NCBI GenBank assembly: GCA_043228905.1
Contig: JBHGNT010000003.1
Span: 4,154,001-4,218,000 of the forward strand
DNA: 64,000 nucleotides
Direction of reading: 5' to 3'
DNA from: Azolla caroliniana
Taxonomy: Eukaryota > Plantae > Polypodiophyta
How positions within the stretch are numbered: position 1 is the first letter of the stretch; each line of letters starts with the position of its first letter. Made by a program: the position numbers and the translations under genes. Shown here in pieces: positions 25,389-40,518 of this stretch. The notes beneath the pieces were generated by a model. That model was not told the DNA's origin and did no database searches. It worked only from the letters and a program-made list of their open reading frames with translations.

Positions 25389-27402
25389 TGATTTATAACG
25401 AAGGACAGAACATAATGGCCACCTAAAATCAACCAAGATTAATAAATACATGTGCAAATTGAATTGTGAGAAATTAACAATAAGTCAAACTTATCAATTC
25501 GTGAGTCTGTTGTAAAGCTAAGAGCACAAGAGGCATAGAGTTGGTTAGCGATACATTGTTTTTGCAAATTGACTACTACATTTTAACAAGAATTTTGTTT
25601 CCCTTTATAGACAAATGTTCTAGAATGATTTGCATGCGCTTCTTAGAATTCAAATTTAGAGTAGTAAGCCAATGTTGTTGAAAAATGAACATTGTAAGCA
25701 ATGGTGTTGGTGTTGAATATGTATACAAAGAATTCTATTAGTATTTAAAACGGAATAAGACGCTCCTAAGATTAATGGAGTGGGAGAATGAAAGAATCAA
25801 CATATATGTAATAGAGTGTATGAGAGTTGTGTTATCTTAAATGAATGTTAAGACTATGTTCATTAGCAATTGTATGTCATTGTTTAGTGACATCTATTAA
25901 CAAATTCCATAACGTAATGGCATTTCTTATCTTACCATTTTAAAGGTTATATATTGCATACGGTGTTAGCATTGCTAGTTAATTTATGCAAAATTCTAAG
26001 CATGCATATTGCATGGTTGTAGTAAAGGGGATCTTAAGATATATCAAAAACATGCTAAAGTTTTGGATTGATAATTGCTAGCAATAAATGATCTCTTGGC
26101 CTATATTGTCATGCACATTGTGCAGGAGAGAAAGCATAAAGAATTGGTTCATGGGGAATGGCGTGTTCATTTGGTAGTCCATCGGTGTCATGGATGATGA
26201 AGATGCAACTAGCATTTTCTTTAAGTGCATTTGAACTAAATAACAGGGTTATTGTGTGAGCAACCTGCGAAGTTTTGGTGGAGTCCCTCAAGTTACTATG
26301 CAAATGTACATTCAAATTTTCTATGATTAGACAAGTTCATATATGTTTTGCGAAAGATCTTGCTTTTCATCCCCATGCACAAACACAAAGAAGTTAAATT
26401 GTGATTTAAGTAAATCAAAATTGAAGCGCAAACTTGAGATGGGTTCTTCATTTCCTAAAGTAAGAAGTGCTTGACACAAATATATGCTTGAGAGGGAATG
26501 TTGATTAGAATCTACAACTATATATTCAATAAGGATCAATTATTTAAAATATAAGAATGTTTTTTCTACAATGAAAGAAAGACCTCTTTACTACACATTG
26601 TTGGTTATATGACTATGTGATCATAGTTATTTGTATCATATACTATTTCCATACTATATTAATGTGGGAATCTATTAGATGATTTTGTATTTGAGAGACG
26701 TGTATTTCATTGAGTTGTAGCCATTTTGTTTTATAAGGCTTAAAATCGGATGTGAGTGACAAAATAAAATAATTACTTCATGCATGTCAAGATCGTTCTC
26801 AAGTTTTCTATGTTATTAGTGAACAAGTGTAAGAGAAAAATCGCTGCAAACTTTTAGCATCCATGCTAGGGATACGTAAATTAGTTGACATTTTGTTTCA
26901 AGATGCAAACATTTTACACTACTACTTACAACATACAAAAGAATAAAGTAGCAAGAGAAATAATGAAACTACTATTGCGATGTTCCAATGTATGGTCAAA
27001 CAAGGGGAGTCCATGGTCACTAGACAAGTGGTTGGGTACATAGAAGTTTGTAGACATATGATAGAGAAATTTGTAGAGGGTTGAACATAGAGAAAGTAAG
27101 CTCTAAAGTATATTAAAAGGGGATTTTGTAACAAAATGTGATACAAGGCAAAGCAATCATGATTGGTCTCCTCAATCGTGCCTCATTCCATGCCTCATAT
27201 TGATGATTCGATGTGAGCTAAGGTGTATGGAATTGACGAAGTTAATCTTTGGAGAGATTGAGATAGCTAGAATGACATCCACACAAGACCAATTGCTATT
27301 TATGAGACGAGGCCTAACCCTTAGATGGGATTGAACTTTGGATCTTTGATGATTTAATGGAAACCATCAAGCCATACATTTTTTATCATCCAAGGCAAAT
27401 TT

Positions 27403-28455
27403 TATAGATAGATAGATTACATTATCGTCTTCAGAGGTCAATTATGACCTATGAATCCAAAAATATTACATTTCACGTGATACGTGTGAAAGTGAGTAGT
27501 GACTCTCGATGTTCAACAATTTTACCAATGAATGTTGCAATCGAGAGAGCACGTTGTGGTTGTGAGAAGAATTCATGCAAGGATTGGGCTCGGTCGAAGA
27601 GATGTGGAAAGCATGCTCGAATATGATCAAAGGTAGAGCATTGTATCAAAGTGTGATACTCAGACTCGCGAACTTGTTTAGGGCAAAGTGTGCATAGCCG
27701 ACCACTCTCATTACTTGTGCCCCAACACCCTGTCTCACATCGCAATGCATGTGAGCTAAGTCTCATGGAAGCAATGGTTCGAATGGCAGATAATGGTATG
27801 GGCTCTAACATTATCAATGTGTACAATTTCCCCATTCCGCAAATAATATGGTTTTGTAGTTAGGTGCAACATGTGTAGTATAATGTGTGAAGCGTGAGCC
27901 TCCACATTTGTCCCATGTCATGATACATTGGCGTTGCAAAAAGGCCTCATTTACAAAGGAATCTAGTGATGCATCATGAAGCAAGTGTCCCGCCTCCCAT
28001 CTACCAAACCATTTTTCTATATCTTGCATCCAACCGGAACACAAAATTTTGCTTTTATGCGTCTTTTGGATCTTTTTGCTTGCATCCCATGCAAATTTAG
28101 GAAGTCGATGTGAGGGACTTTTTTGAACCTTAAGCATGTATTCAACAATCCTTTCCATGGCCATGATCTCAATGCGAAGTGATCCCGTCTCAAGGAGGAG
28201 GAGGGTGTAGGGCGTTTGTTTCTTAACTTGTAGAAACTTTGTAAGAAAATGTTTGTGGACATTTTCAAACTCTTTCCACATAGGTTTAGGGATGCTACCG
28301 CCCCATACTTCCACCCCATAGAGAAGAACCGATGTCACCAAAGTGTTGAAAAGATATTTCTTGAGGACCCAACACTTAATATCTCCAAGATTGAATGTGT
28401 TCTCAAAATTCATAGTATGCTTGCTTACCCGCCTCTAAGCGGCGTGTAGCACATT

Positions 28456-28495
<40 letters not shown>

Positions 28496-29330
28496 GGATT
28501 TATGAACCGCACTCAATCAATGCATAAACCTAAGAGAGTTTGTGAGAGTGGATATCCTTGACAAACTCCAATAAGTCTAGTGAAAAAATCTAGCGTTCCA
28601 TCTTTCATATGTATATGAGGTATCACTTGGCTGCACATTTGAGAAATGACATATACGTGTATTGACTTGGTACTTCTAGTTCTTCCATGCATCCCCAAAT
28701 TTGGTCATGGGACATCACATCAAAGCAACAATTTGAAAGTCTACATAGAAAGAGTTTTGTCCTTTACATATCAAGCAATTTTACTCTATTAGCACTTTAA
28801 GAGTGATAAGGTGATCTATGGTGTTTACGAAAACTACCTTCTCCATAAGCCCTCTAAACATTCTCTTCATCTCTTGCACTTATATTTGCTTCCATTAAAC
28901 ATTCAAATAGTTTTGTCATAATGTAACCAACCACAATTGTTTGATTGTTGTTCAAATTATTTATATCTCCCGGTTTGAACAAAAGGTTTGATCCAATTTA
29001 TTGTCTAATCATAGAACATGTTGTGTTGCAATACACCATTTGATCCAAGATACCTTCCAAAAATAACATATGCCATCACGTTGTGTGTATCCGCGTTCAT
29101 CCTTGAGATATGAAGCATGTTACATCGTTATGGGTCATGTGGTAATATTCATGTATGGACATTCATATCACCAAAGATAATAACGTTTCCTTGGCTTTGA
29201 AATAAACAATGATACCATCTAGATTGATAAAAGGTTTATATCTATCCAAATACACATTAAAGCTACCATCCAATGTTTATGCCCACATTCCATGAATATT
29301 CGTTGCAATTCCAAAAACATAATTAATCTT
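27403..29330 (-). mobile_element. RTE-X-like LINE relic with well-preserved 3' half and (TCTA)n tail
   Basis: NVIIFGDMN (EN), TIDHLITLKVLIE and IGVCQGYPLS (RT), LLYGVEVWG, and MRLSSHALRCETG...RLCTLC...ESEYHTLIQC (C-terminal zinc finger). ATCTATCTATCTAT tail at ~27403-27418; an (AG)n tract interrupts at 28459-28490. Confidence 0.88.
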
Positions 29331-29335
29331 ATTCT

Positions 29336-29379
<44 letters not shown>

Positions 29380-30091
29380 TATCCATAGTGACATCTAATG
29401 AATTAAGAGATATATAAGAAGTATCTAATAGAGAGGTGAGGAAGTTGGGTTTTGAACCCACAACACAATGCTTGTAGTGCTAACAACTTAACACTAGGGT
29501 AAGGTAATTACAAACAAAGAAGAAGAGAGAATGTATGTGTCTGTGTGTGTACGCGCGCATACGTGTTCATGTGTATTTGTGCATCTCTTGCTCAGAATTG
29601 GCGTCTAGTGTTAATAGTTAGATTGAACTCAAGCGCATAGGACAATAGAAATATGTATGGTTTACATGTTCAACCCCGATAAAGAAAACTAAAAAATGAC
29701 CTACCTTAATCATGATTCTCCTCATGTTTTATTATACCAACATATTTGGTATCAAATATACATTAGATCCACACATGGTGAACAATGCATTTATTTAATC
29801 TTATGGAAATTAAGATGTCGATTTTCTATATTAGCTTAAATTGCACAACATATTTGAGTGACCTAGGGAACTTAAAAGATCATTCTCTTTGTTCATCATG
29901 ATTCATGGCTAAGCACATGAATATCTTAGTAGCATGCATGCCCATAATAATGTAGCAAATCAACGTTATCATCTACACATGATGAACAATGTGACTTATG
30001 AAATTGAGAATATGTAGAATAAATGTGGATATGCCATGCAAAACCATAGGTCCACCGTCCAATCATATTCTGCATGTATTTTTCTTTTCTC

Positions 30092-30331
30092 TTTTTTTTT
30101 TTTTTCCATAAAAAAACTCCTTCCATTAGTTATAAAATTTTACAAATGAGATTAATATATACAAATCCTTGTAGGGACACGATAGGTTCATCTTATGTGG
30201 ATGCCCACCGACTCAATAAAAGGGGAGGACGACCATTGCTGGATGAAGGTTGGTCGTTGTCTTTCAACTCCATCGGAGTCACCCTTAAGGCCATCATATT
30301 GGCTCTTTAGAGTGGCTACCACTTCACTCCA
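30092..30331 (-). mobile_element. 5'-truncated L1-type LINE 3' end with poly(A) tail
   Basis: Reverse complement of 47912-48140 with high similarity; poly-T at 30092-30105. Confidence 0.85.
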
Positions 30332-33300
30332 AATCTTCTTTTTTCTTTTTCTGTTTGTGAGGAGCTCTTCACTCTAATGATTGAGGACAGATAATAAAAC
30401 CATAGCTAAACACTTTGTCGGAGATGTCATATTCATAAAGCCATAGTGAGAAAAGTTATTAATATTTGGAGTTTCTAAATTTATTGTGCAGAATTCTCAT
30501 TTACTTAACAATGAATAAATTACATTTAAACTTGAAAAGAGAAGTTTTTGTAACTAGATGCTCAAGGATTTAGAGTTTCTAATAACATTTGAAGATTATT
30601 ATGTCCCCATTAAACAACCAACTAACATATAAAGATAACATTATGGCATGATTAATGAGATACGATATATTTGTAATATATGTTCATGAGTACATAACAA
30701 AGTTGAAAAAAAATCATGTCCAACATAGAGTCTAAAGAGTATTTATGAATCAATCTAATGCTTATATTAAAGAAGAGATGATATGTTAGATTCTACTTAC
30801 TATATATAGAATGTTCGTAAACATGGAGCCCTCGTAGATCCATTGGAGACAAAGTTAATGGGGTATTTGATCAAACTCAATTATTCGTTTTAACAAAAAA
30901 CATGTCTACACAAAGGAGTGCTAGCATAGCAATTCGAATGGATGTGTGAGCCCAATTCCATTTTGAACCACATCGTCATGTCATCAATTCATATTGCTAA
31001 AGGTATCATGTGTCTTTCTTGAAACACATAGGCACTTGTGTGTTCCGAATTATGAGGTTGAGATGATTTCTGTTGTTGCCATAATGGATCTTTATAATAA
31101 TACATGCATACTATTTAAGCACATGTTCTCCCGTTTGGAGGCATCATTGTAATCTCACATATTTAAATTAAGCTTCATGAAAATAATTATGAATTCATGA
31201 TTAAAAATACCAAGTGTCATTATACCAATCCTTGCCTAGTGTTTGTGCACTTTTACGCTTTATAAATGTGGTTGGTTGCAACCAGATTCTTGCCAAGTTT
31301 GGAGTGTATAATGTGTGGATATAGGCATGAACTGAAATTTCGTTTGTTGTCTATGCGGAAAACAAAGTGACACTTAATTTGTCATACGTTTACACATCTA
31401 ACCGACTGTGTTTGCGTATTTTATATCTTAATGTGAAACTCAAAGTGTTTTGCCTGTTTTGCCCTTCTATTTTAAGAATCACACTCATTACCACTTTGCC
31501 CAACACTTATATACTGTACGCTCTCATTATTCGTGTATGTTATCGAAATAGTATTGATGCAAGCCAAGAGTAAGTGGAAAGATAAAGGATTTCCAACATG
31601 ATGCCATCATTATGTACATTGTATGCGTATATGTATGTGCTCCTTTCATTGAATTTATAACGGCTCTAACTAATAGGACTTCATAATTGTAAAAAATACA
31701 TGGATATCACTATTATGGGCTAGATTATAATTTTTTGAAGGATTCCGTGCAAAGCTACATCTAGAAAATTGTACCATAAGCTCTCAACATAAATAATGTT
31801 GATACATTGGTTAAGACCATTAACAAATTTAGGTAGAATAATCACCCAATAAAGCAGACGTATGATCGGGTCTTCATTGAAAAGCATGGATTATATATCA
31901 ATGGAAAGGTGCACAAGAAATACATGGGTTTTCTAGGTAACCTATTAATGCATTGACAACCACCACACCTGGTTGTCTTAGTATCCATCCATGTAAATGA
32001 AGAGAATTCTATCCAAGAATCCATAATACAATGCAATAGAGTTTTTTTTTTGGCAAGGAAGACAAGTTTTACTAATTCACCGAGAAAGATGAGCTTTTGG
32101 CGTAAAGCAATATGAATGTTGAACATAAAGCATGATGAACATTGCATATGAAGTAGTAACCATTCATAATGGATGTCCAATAAAGTTTTCGGCAACAATA
32201 TTAGGCTTTGATGTTGGGCACCTCATCATTGGATATATGTAAGTTCTAAGTTACTAACAAACAATGTCATTGCCATGGTGTTGAATACATCATGCAATAT
32301 TTGTTTCGTGAACATTTATTATCAAATTTATCAAAGAAATTAGTAAGCCTATTAGAATCAGTAGTGGTGCAAATGTGAGACCCACAACTACAACCTCTTA
32401 TAACTGATTAATATTCCTTTTTCCTTTCAAGCTAAACAGAAACATATTGAAAATGAAATAAGCTCTAAAAATCAAGCTTTGAAGTGTATATAAAACAAAA
32501 GGTGGTTTAAATCATTCAATGATGTTGCTTGGTGAATAAAAGGTCTCTCCCACATTGAAAGTGTTAAAAAAAACTGTGTAAACACTTTGTGCCGATGCAT
32601 AATAAATGTTGTGTGTTTCTACTTAATGTCGAATGTACACTAAATTATAAAATGGGGGTTTGAGTGATACTGCCTCATCTGCCATTACTAGTGTAGAATA
32701 GACAATTTTTTATACAACCTTTTTCAAAATCAAAACATGTCACATTCCGAGAATATAAGGGTTACATACAAAATTTAGAGGATTGAATGGTTGGCTTCAC
32801 CATGTGATTTCTAGATCTGAAAACGTTGGCTTAAGATATAGTTTTGTAAGAGTAAAGTAGAGAACAAAACTATACATTTTAAGTGCACTCTACCATTAGA
32901 TGGATGGTTCTCATTAGATATTCATTTGAGTTGCACACCATACTTATCTTCTCATTTTTAATTTAATGCATCATTTTGTCATATCCAAAATAACAAGATT
33001 AAAAGATGTGGAAAGTTATACATTAGAGATCTCATGGAAGGCCCCATCAACCATATGGATAACGTGACGCAAAATAACGAACACTATTTAATGACAAAAG
33101 ACATTATGGGATCATATGAGAGGTTTGAGTCTTTTGGGCGGTAGCCTCATGTCATTTCAATTATCAACTTGTAAGAACGAATGAATTTAGATTCTAAGTC
33201 TTTTGTTTTTGTGGATAATGTCCAAGATATTTCAGATTGTGCCACATCATTTGCTATTGGGCATTATCGTTGCAATTTGTGACAGAAGGGCTAAAAAAGT

Positions 33301-33868
33301 GACTCTCAACAGCATTCCTAATATTTGAAATACCTCAGAAACCCACCACCCCAATTTTCATTAATCCATACAAAGTGTGAACAAATTGAAGTTAGATATT
33401 ATTTTCCAATAAAAAGTATACCTTTTGATTTAGATAGATAAAAGGTGTGTGCATATGTGGTTTTCTCTTGCACATTATTTCCTTGTTTCAAATTCAAATT
33501 CAAAATCATGCATGTTTGTGTATTGGGGAGGAGGCATTGCTCTTCCCACTTAAAATGGTATGGAAGTGTGAAGATATAGTTCAATGCATCATTTTACTTA
33601 TTTGTAGGTATCCCAACATGTGTTTATGTAAATGTAGTAATATTGTAAGTCGGCATGGTTCAAAGTTTTCCTAAACCACTTGTTTGTCTTGATCGGGGAA
33701 CTAGAAGAGAGAATTTCATGTTTATTTTGCTTCTATTTTTGTTGTTGCATCCAACCATAAATTAGTAAGTAGTGTGCCTCCGTGTCCTATATTGTGTTCA
33801 CGTACTTGTGAACTGTCACCGAGACCTCTGGTTTGTCTCATCCACATTTTGAGGACCATCACTACTAA

Positions 33869-34190
33869 TAATGTGGTTCCCTTGATCCCAAGGTGGCATC
33901 ATAGGAGCATATTTTGAACCTTCTAAAAACCTCTATCTAAATGGGGGTTAACTTCCAATTCCACCCCATAATGTATTGAAATGTCTAATCTTTGTTGACA
34001 ATGTCCAAAAACTATTATGATCACAATTGATTTAGGTATAATGTGGTCACCTTGATCCCAAAGTGGCATCATGGAAACATATTTTGAACCTTCTAATGTT
34101 GCTCCATCTATTTGGGGGTTAACTTCCTCCCCAAAACACATTGAAATGTCTAGTCTTTGTCCACAATCTCCAAAGGCTATGAAGGTCACC
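33869..34190. repeat. Tandem duplication, ~170 bp x2
   Basis: TAATGTGGT..CCTTGATCCCAA.GTGGCATCAT.GA.CATATTTTGAACCTTCTAA occurs twice. Confidence 0.8.
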
Positions 34191-36075
34191 ACCGAAGTGC
34201 TATCTATTCATTTAGATTTAGAGGGTTTTTGAATGGTGCAATTATCCAGACATTTTCTTTCTTGCATTTGCTACAATGTTAGTAGCATAACTCATTTCAA
34301 TTACATCTCAAACAGTCCCTTTCATATAACACTTAAATTAATTTCATGCCAAGCAAGTAAACAACCTTTCATTTTCCTTAAAAACATGTAATAGTTGTGA
34401 TAAGTAGCTTAAGGTTCCAAATATTCTCTACACTTCAAAAAGTTTAGATGACCATATAATTTCTTTAAAATCACTAAGATACCCACATATCCGTAGCTTG
34501 TTGAGTCCTAGGTTCATCGTTGGCATCCAATTTATTTGAAATATGATATAGCCCATGAAAAGGAGCATGTCTCAAATATACACGAGCATAACATTGGTGA
34601 CCGTTATTAAACATTCCCCAAAATCATAGACATTATTCCATTCTCCCAAACACAAGCACCATAAGTCATCCTGATATCGGTGAACAACTTAGAATTTTGT
34701 GTGTTCATTTAGTAGGGAACTCAACGCAAGTTGAACAAAGTTGTTTATAGGGAAAGTTGGATCTTGTGCGCTCCTAAGTGAACAAAAATGGTATAACTTA
34801 GTGAAATGTTATGTTCTTTGATGTTTTTGAAAATAGTTAAACTGGGAGTTATAAATTCATGCTTGAAATATGGTTCAATGTTATGGAATTATCTAGGATT
34901 TCATTATTTATCTCGGACCTCTTTATGGAAAACATGAAGGCATATGTTATGGCCCCTAAGGAGCGAGGACTGTGAAACAAATGGCCTCAATAACATCCTT
35001 AATGATCATTGACAATTAGACTTATTCTAGAGGAAGTCTTCATCATTCTTAACAAATATCACGTGGCAATTGTAATGTTGTTAGAGTATAGCTAATTATC
35101 TAAGCAAAAAGTAATGAATTATCAACTAAAGAAAGGAATGAGGGGTGTCAAACCACTGATTACTCCCTAGGGTTAGCATTAAGCAAACCTGAAACTCCTT
35201 GATGTGCCATGCCATGGAGTGTATGCCCTCACATCTTGTGTTGTTAGAGTATAACTAATTATTTAGGCATAAAATAATGAATTATAGACCAATGAAAGGA
35301 AAGAAGGGTGCTAAACTACCCAACCACCCCTTAGCGACAACATGAGGCAAACCTAAACCTCCTTGATGTATACCAAATCACCCGACTACCCCTTAATGAC
35401 AACATGAGATAGAGTCAAGACCTGAACCTCCTTGATATCCCATACCATTGAGTGTTGATCTGAATCATTCTTTGGGTTCTACGGGACAACACATGCTTAG
35501 CTATTAAGAGCCATAGCCATATTGACATAATCTCTAAACATAAGTCAAGCCTCCTTTGATAAAAAGTAGCTAGCCTTCTTACATAGGCAGAAACCATAGG
35601 CCTTGATGTGTTACACACTTGACTACTTTGAGTGAAGTAGTCAAGTGATAACACAGTTAATAATAATCTCACACTATAGAATTGTAGTTCAACCATAATC
35701 CTTGTTCCTTTCGAAATTAACCCATATTTACTTATCATAAAATTAGGGAAAACTACAAAAATATATGTCATGATTAGTTATGATTATGTGCCCGTCAGGT
35801 TGTGCATCACACTTCTATCCAATGAGAACATTTTCCTTCATGTCTTCGCAATTGTGAAAATGGGTGTAGGAAGGAGAAAAACAATTTGCCTCTTTTGTCT
35901 TCCTAATGTGAATAAGTAATTTAAAACATGAGTTATGATTGGTAAGTAAATTTCTTTATATTTAGTTTGGGAGACATTTGATTGAAAGAACATTTTGCGT
36001 CTCCATCCTCCTAATGTGAATAAGCTTATTCAAACATGATAGTTTGTGTTTGGATAAACACATTGATTTATTTCG

Positions 36076-36870
36076 TTTGGAAGAGTGAGACTCACATGCG
36101 CCTCTAGTAGAGCAACATGAAAAGTCTCAGGCGTGATTGTATGAATCCTAAATACTGAGTTTGACCAAGTCTTTGTCCTTGACTTTATTACTGTGCCAAG
36201 ACCTTATTAGAATGCCAAGGGATTGTCTACTAGAGCCTTTCAAGGTTATGGAGACTATTGGTTAGGGGGTTGCACTCCCATTGTTCCTCTATAGTGATTT
36301 GTGGGCAAGGGACTAAGAACTCCATAGGCACAAAGGCTTCTCAGCAATAAACTAGGTGAAAGGATGTACATCGAGTAACGACATTATAAGATATTAGAGA
36401 AAAGCACATAATGCAATAATATATTTTTTGTTTGGAAGAGTGAGACTTGCATGCGCCTCTAGTAGAGCAATAAGAAAAGTCTCAAGCGTGATTGTATGAA
36501 TCCTAAATACTGATCTAGCTAGAGCATATGTGCACATGTTGTTGTGCAAATGTTTTTTTGAGAATTTCTTGACTTTGGAGGTTGTGCAAAGACATCCAAG
36601 TTTGATCAAGTCTTTGTCCTTGACTTTATTAGCATGGCACGACCTTACGATGAGCCTTCTCAGTCATTATTACCTGAAAAGCCAAGGGGCTTGTCTACTA
36701 GAGTTTTTTAAAGTTATGGAAACGATTAGTTAGGGGGTCGCACTCCCATTGTTCCTCTCTAGTGATTTGTAGGCAAGGGACTAAGAACTCCACAAGAAGG
36801 AAGGGTTCTCGGCTATAAACTAGGTGAAAGGGCGTACGTCGATTAACGGCATTATAAGATGTTACAACAA
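36076..36870 (-). mobile_element. Tandemly duplicated Ty3/gypsy integrase C-terminal relic
   Basis: Minus strand TPFHLVYSREPFLLVEFLVPCLQI resembles the TPFxLVYGxEAxLPxEFxVPSL integrase tail; unit repeated at 36076-36390 and 36431-36860. Confidence 0.65.
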
Positions 36871-37541
36871 AGCCCAGAACGCAACAAGTAGGTGGTGTTT
36901 GCAATCGGGATGTGTGAGGCAACAAAGGCAGACGATGTCGATGAAGGAGGAGGAGAATAAGTGGATGTAGAAGAAGAAGAAGAAGAAGAAGAAGAAGTGT
37001 GTGAATGATAAAGAAGTGGGTGTGTATGCATCGAGAGGTTGCAGGGTTGGGTCATGTTCTTTAACCTGCATCTAACTAAATTTAGCGTAGAAAACAAGGT
37101 GTTTCTTTATGGGGGTGAGGCCAAAGAGAGTGTTGTGTGTGTGTGTGTGTGTGTGTGTTTCATCTTTTTTACCAATCATTTGCACAAACTCTTCAACAAA
37201 CAAAACACACAAAAATTCAAAGAAAAGAAGGGGACAAACAAGAGACAAGTCTAAGGTTCCTTCTTCTTTTTTCCCTTCATAAGACTGTTGGCCCAAGGGG
37301 CCAAAAGCAAAAATAAACACTTCACAAAAAAAAGAGAGTCTCCTCACCATTTCATTTCTTCTTCACTCTGTTTTTATACTCTGTTTTTTTTACTCTGTTT
37401 TTTTATACTCTGTTTTTTTGTGTGTGTTTGTGCTAATATACACACATACACATATCCAAAATTTCTAGATTAGGGTTTGTTCCCACCCCTCTCCTTTCTG
37501 TATTATAAATCTTCCTTCATCTTCAAGTCGTCTTCCTCAGA

Positions 37542-37585
<44 letters not shown>

Positions 37586-37753
37586 TTTTCCTTGACAGAG
37601 AAACCAGCCCTTCTATTCTCCCTCCCTCCCTCCCTCCCTCTCTCTCCCTTGACAGAGAAAACAGGGGTTTTCCCTCCTACAAATTCCCATCGATCTTCAT
37701 CCCCCAATTCAACTCCAATTCGCCCTCCGAACCTCCCTCTCGAGGATCATAAC

Positions 37754-39301
37754 ATGAGTGAGCACATGACAATCATGGTGATGGATCATGCAGAGCCAAA
37801 CACCAGGAGGGGAGATATTCATGCTAATTCTAACCATTCCAATCACTTGGGCAGATCAGCGACCTCCAATAATCTAATCCCTTCTCCTTCTCTAAAGAAG
37901 ATTGTTAATTCATCCTCCTTACACCGCCTATCCATTACCCAAAGATCGTCTTCGTCTTCTCTATCTTCGATGTCTGAAAAATCAGATAATCAGGGCCCTG
38001 CCCCAATTGCTGACCTTTGGAAATTAGGCGATTTGCCACCATCTGCCGCTGCTGTTGGTCCCCCTCATCATCATCATCATCATATTCATATTCATTTGGG
38101 TACTTGTGAGAATGATGAATCTTGCTCCAAGAAAGCTTATGTGGGCACAGCAGAGTGTAGAATTTGCCAGGAGGAAGACGAACTCGTTAACCTCGAATGC
38201 CCTTGCGCATGCTCTGGAAGTTTGAAGGTGAATACAATGTGTTCTTAACGTTAATCTAGCAATTCAATATGTATGTATTTCTGTATGCAATTTTTGTGTT
38301 TATGCATGTATGCATGCCATGTGAGTCTTGCATGTGCATATGTATATGATCTGTAAGTCCTTCTTTCTATTTTTATGTGCAATTTAATCAACTAGGTATT
38401 TCAGGGTGTCAACTATTGTGTGAGTATTTATGTATTTGAGTAAGTATGTGTGTGTGCATGTATATAGATATGTATGTGGGCAAGTATGTGGCTATGTATG
38501 TTGTTATGTATGTGTGTGTGTGTGTGTGTGTGTCCATGTATGTATGTATGTATGTATGTTTTCCCTTAGAATTGAAGCCAACCTTCTGGTTTTTTGATAT
38601 GACTCAGTTTGCTCATCGAAAGTGTGTACAACGCTGGTGTAATGAGAAGGGTGATGCCACATGCGAGATATGCTTGAAGGTAAATATGTCCAACTGGTTG
38701 TTTTGTGTTCGACTTTTAGGAAAAACTCTGATATACGCCTGAGTTTTTTGTACTGCCCTCCAAAATGACCCTGACCAACTCCCAAAAGATACAGAGATTA
38801 AGACAGGGCAGACACATAATTGCCGTATAGTTAATCAAGTAGTCACATAATTAAGAAAAGAGGAATGAACTAACCATATAATTCATAAACTAGCACATAC
38901 ACTCTCTGTCTCGAGTGCTGACAATGTGCAATTTAGTTTTTCTGCTTGAGCCATCTCAAGAAACTTTGTGCCACTTTATTTAGATTCTCATTTGAAGACC
39001 AATTGAATGTAGTTCTGAATGCTTGCAGTCTGACAAAGAATGATTTTTGGTCCAAATTGTGAGATTATACTTTCTCTATGAATGGTTTATGGTGAAACAT
39101 ATTAAATAACCATAAAAGATTTAATAGAAACTCGGCTTTCTAGAAAAAGAACCTGGTTTTGTGCTTTGGTTCAGTCATGATTGACTATGAATGATTTGTG
39201 GGGAGACATATTAAAGAATCATAAAAGATTAATTACAAACTTGGTCACATAAAAAATGAGCCTAGTTTTGTGTTTTGGTTCAGTCATGTGCAATTGATGT
39301 A

Positions 39302-39332
<31 letters not shown>

Positions 39333-40518
39333 GACTGAATGTTTGCTTCCTGCTTTTTTTTGGATATGCTGCAGCCATATGAGGGAGGCTATACAGCACC
39401 CCCATCATCGGCTCGGACCAACAATTTCCCAATTAACATTGGGTAAAAATGCCATAAATTATATTACCTAGTATCTCCAATGTTTCGAAACTATATGAAT
39501 GATGAATGTTTTGGTGGATATAATGATGGTGCAGTGGCAACAGCTGGGAGCTTGCAAGTGGGCAACGTCTAGACATGCATGAACCGAGAATTTTTGCCGT
39601 GCCCTCTGAACATCTTTTCTCCGATGCCGATTATGATGAGTATACAAGAGCAAATGAACGCAGTGCTGCATGCTTCCGATCCGTTGCCCTCGTTGTAAGC
39701 TTCTGATTCCAATACTTTTCTATGTTTGTTTATTGTGGTATTTGATCAAGACTACCCCGAAATTCTCAAACAAATTTCAATCATACCCTTGGGCCCCATG
39801 TACTAGTAAATTGTTAATACTTCATTTACTACTACAATGGTGGAGTTTGATAAATATTTTGAAAATGGTAGGGTACTCTGGCAAATATTCTACTTGACAT
39901 GTTTAGGGGTATTTGTAGTGTTCTATTATCCATTTTATTTATACATGAAATCAAACTCCATGATAATATACTAAACCTTTTTGTGCCAATTCTTTCCCAA
40001 TGAAGCTCATGGTGCTTCTTCTACTGAGACATATACTTTCCATGACCTCGGGTGGTGTCAGCAGCAGTGGAGTAGAGGAAGAAGCTCCCACTTTCATCAT
40101 GGTAAAAAAAGTTGATGATAGCAACAAATACCAAAAAAACTAAATTCTTTCTCTTCGTGTTCGGTAGTCTTATTATGTGTTTTGATCTTATGGTTAGCTT
40201 TTTGTCCTACGAGCGGCGGGGTTTTTCTTGCCATGCTACATTATGGCCCGGGCGCTAAATATTTTGCAGTGCAGGAGACAGCGCCAGGTTAGTGTAGTTG
40301 CCGGGAAAGAGACTAAAGTCTGTAATGTAGGAGGGAGGATCACCCAACAACCCCTAGTCAAGAATATTTGTGCTCATTAGGTTTCACGTATTTAGTTCAT
40401 GACATTGTTTTGTGCTTCTATGCAGGCACTAGCGGCGGCAGAGGTGGCGTATATTTTACAAAGCGGACAAGCACGAGGTGTGAACATGGCCATCTCTTCG
40501 CCAGGGTTATTGCCTTGA
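37754..40518 (+). CDS. RING-CH (RINGv, C4HC3) membrane E3 ubiquitin ligase with DUF3675; exons 37754-38227, 38608-38679, 39375-39442, 39535-39694, 40006-40101, 40198-40287, 40426-40518
   Basis: ECRICQEEDELVNLECPCACSGSLK|FAHRKCVQRWCNEKGDATCEIC, PYEGGYTAP, CFRSVALVLMVLLLLRH and LRAAGFFLPCYIMARAL...RRQRQ; all GT-AG junctions preserve frame. Confidence 0.93.

Noticed and set aside
25500-27200. Coding-like decayed sequence
   Set aside because: No sustained ORF or recognisable motif; probably an old TE but unassignable by eye
37590-37662. Repeated TTGACAGAGAAA resembling the miR156 5' end
   Set aside because: Match is short, has no hairpin partner and lies in the CT-rich 5' UTR of the RING gene
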